DNA of 59,960 nucleotides from a virus: IMG/VR virus record IMGVR_UViG_3300037882_002000, positions 1 to 59,960 of that record; one strand, 5' to 3'. Shown piece by piece: positions 58,941 to 59,960 of this stretch (position 1 is its first letter; each line of letters starts with the position of its first letter). The notes under the pieces were generated by a model. It saw only the letters and a program-made list of their open reading frames with translations, ran no database searches and was not told where the DNA came from. The position numbers and the translations under genes were made by a program.

Positions 58941-59960
58941 ATGGCATCCTTCTTTGATACACTCTCCACCATCTGGACGAACGTAAAGCCGAACCTGCCG
59001 GAGGTAGTTAAGGGCGTAGGCGCGTACTCTGGTTATCTCTCTGCGACGGAAGGTAACGAGGAAGCGGCTGGGCAGTACGCTAATGAGCAGCAGCGCGCAG
59101 CTGATATCCTGAAGGCTGGCTACGATCAACAGCTATCTGAGACCGAAGGCGGCCTTGGTGGTATTGAGGATCTATATCAGCAGGGGTACGAAGCTACCAC
59201 TGGCACGCTTGGCACGGCAACCGATCAGTACGGTAATGATCTGCGTCGGTCGGTATCCACTTATTCGGATATGGTCTACCCGGAATATGACGTGTATGGC
59301 GATAATATGTACGCTAATGCCGAGGATACCGGGGCGATGCTCGATGAAACTGGCCAGCAGTTCCAGGAGCAGTTCCAGCCGTATGTAGATGCAGGTGGTG
59401 AAGCTACCGGGCAGATGCGGACTATTTCCGCTTCCGACCCAAACCAGATGACTCCTGAGCAGGAAATCGCGCTCAAGGACTATGATAAAAACGCAGCAGC
59501 AACAATCGCCGCCAGTGGACTTCGTGGCTCCGGTGGTGGTATCGCCGCTATTCTCGACGGTCGCCAGCGTATGAAGGCCAGCTTTATAGTCCAGAACCAG
59601 AGTCGTGGTGATACCGCGCGCAGCACCTTAAGCCAGCAGGGTTACGGTGCGAGTGGCCAGGTAGCAGGGAATACGGCAAAGCTGGGTATGCAGAAGGCAT
59701 CGAATCTCTATAATACCGGCAGTGATGTGGCTAAGACCGGCTTTGCTACCAGCCAAGATGTGGCAAATAAGTACCTCGCCAGCGAAGGCGGAGTAGCCGC
59801 CAACAACATGAATACCGGTAAAGCGGTTACCGACCTCACTGGGAAGCTGTACGGTGGCCTTACCGATACCGCGCTTACCCGCACCCAGGCGCGTGGTGAT
59901 ACCGCGCTCCAGAAGGCCGTAGCGGACGCTTCAGCAACCAAAGGAAGCGCAAACGTAAAC
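58941..59960 (+). CDS. N-terminal part of the junction-spanning ejection-module protein (403 aa in total; continues at 40..231)
   Basis: ATG 58941 follows AAGGA. I translated all 340 codons to the window end without a stop. The protein is Gly/Ala/Thr/Gln-rich. It is not in the ORF track because it lacks a stop inside the window. Confidence 0.8.
   Translation, partial: MASFFDTLSTIWTNVKPNLPEVVKGVGAYSGYLSATEGNEEAAGQYANEQQRAADILKAGYDQQLSETEGGLGGIEDLYQQGYEATTGTLGTATDQYGNDLRRSVSTYSDMVYPEYDVYGDNMYANAEDTGAMLDETGQQFQEQFQPYVDAGGEATGQMRTISASDPNQMTPEQEIALKDYDKNAAATIAASGLRGSGGGIAAILDGRQRMKASFIVQNQSRGDTARSTLSQQGYGASGQVAGNTAKLGMQKASNLYNTGSDVAKTGFATSQDVANKYLASEGGVAANNMNTGKAVTDLTGKLYGGLTDTALTRTQARGDTALQKAVADASATKGSANVN
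59922..59960. repeat. 39-nt exact copy of 1..39 (circular-assembly overlap)
   Basis: Identical to bases 1-39. Confidence 0.95.

Noticed and set aside
1-59960. Temperate lifestyle / prophage features (integrase, att sites, partition genes)
   Set aside because: Two XRE-type regulators and an operator-like palindrome exist. No ORF shows tyrosine- or serine-recombinase, ParA/ParB or protelomerase motifs that I could recognise, so lysogeny cannot be claimed from the sequence.

Overview
The window is a complete, circularly closed genome of a tailed dsDNA phage. Its first 39 nt are identical to its last 39 nt, so the unique length is 59,921 bp. The architecture is podovirus-like: there is no tape measure, tube or sheath gene.

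Layout:
1. One rightward late operon of about 39 kb starts near 34.5 kb, crosses the artificial window junction and ends at 13.4 kb. In order it encodes a small-terminase candidate, the large terminase, an initiator-type tRNA-Met and the portal. Fibre/decoration genes follow, then an inserted cassette (membrane protein, stand-alone CheY-like receiver, PL7 alginate lyase). Next come the scaffold, major capsid, adaptor, fibres, a beta-helix tailspike and a tail hub. Four ejection-type proteins follow, the last a 3,431-aa polyvalent protein. The operon closes with a lysis cassette: holin, SAR-type GH24 endolysin, Dam methylase and overlapped spanins.
2. A leftward early operon (18.8 to 13.4 kb) encodes a RecE-like PD-(D/E)XK exonuclease, RecT, HTH proteins and a LapG/BTLCP-like cysteine protease.
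3. A rightward early/middle operon (19 to 29 kb) encodes a GapR-like protein, a RuvC-like resolvase, a primase-helicase, an internally deleted ThyX, ASCH-like proteins and a Ref-type HNH nuclease.
4. An island of small ORFs (29.8 to 34.2 kb) is bracketed by two leftward regulator genes.

I saw no DNA polymerase, RNA polymerase, integrase, reverse transcriptase or CRISPR array.

Most interesting:
- the receiver + alginate lyase cassette, which together with the LapG-like protease looks like a biofilm-matrix toolkit;
- the initiator-like tRNA with a remodelled anticodon stem;
- the multi-enzyme ejected giant protein;
- a ThyX lacking its catalytic core;
- a structured 190-nt intergenic element ahead of the replication genes.

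All functional calls come from motifs I read in the translations and compared with family signatures from memory. None has been checked by a database search.
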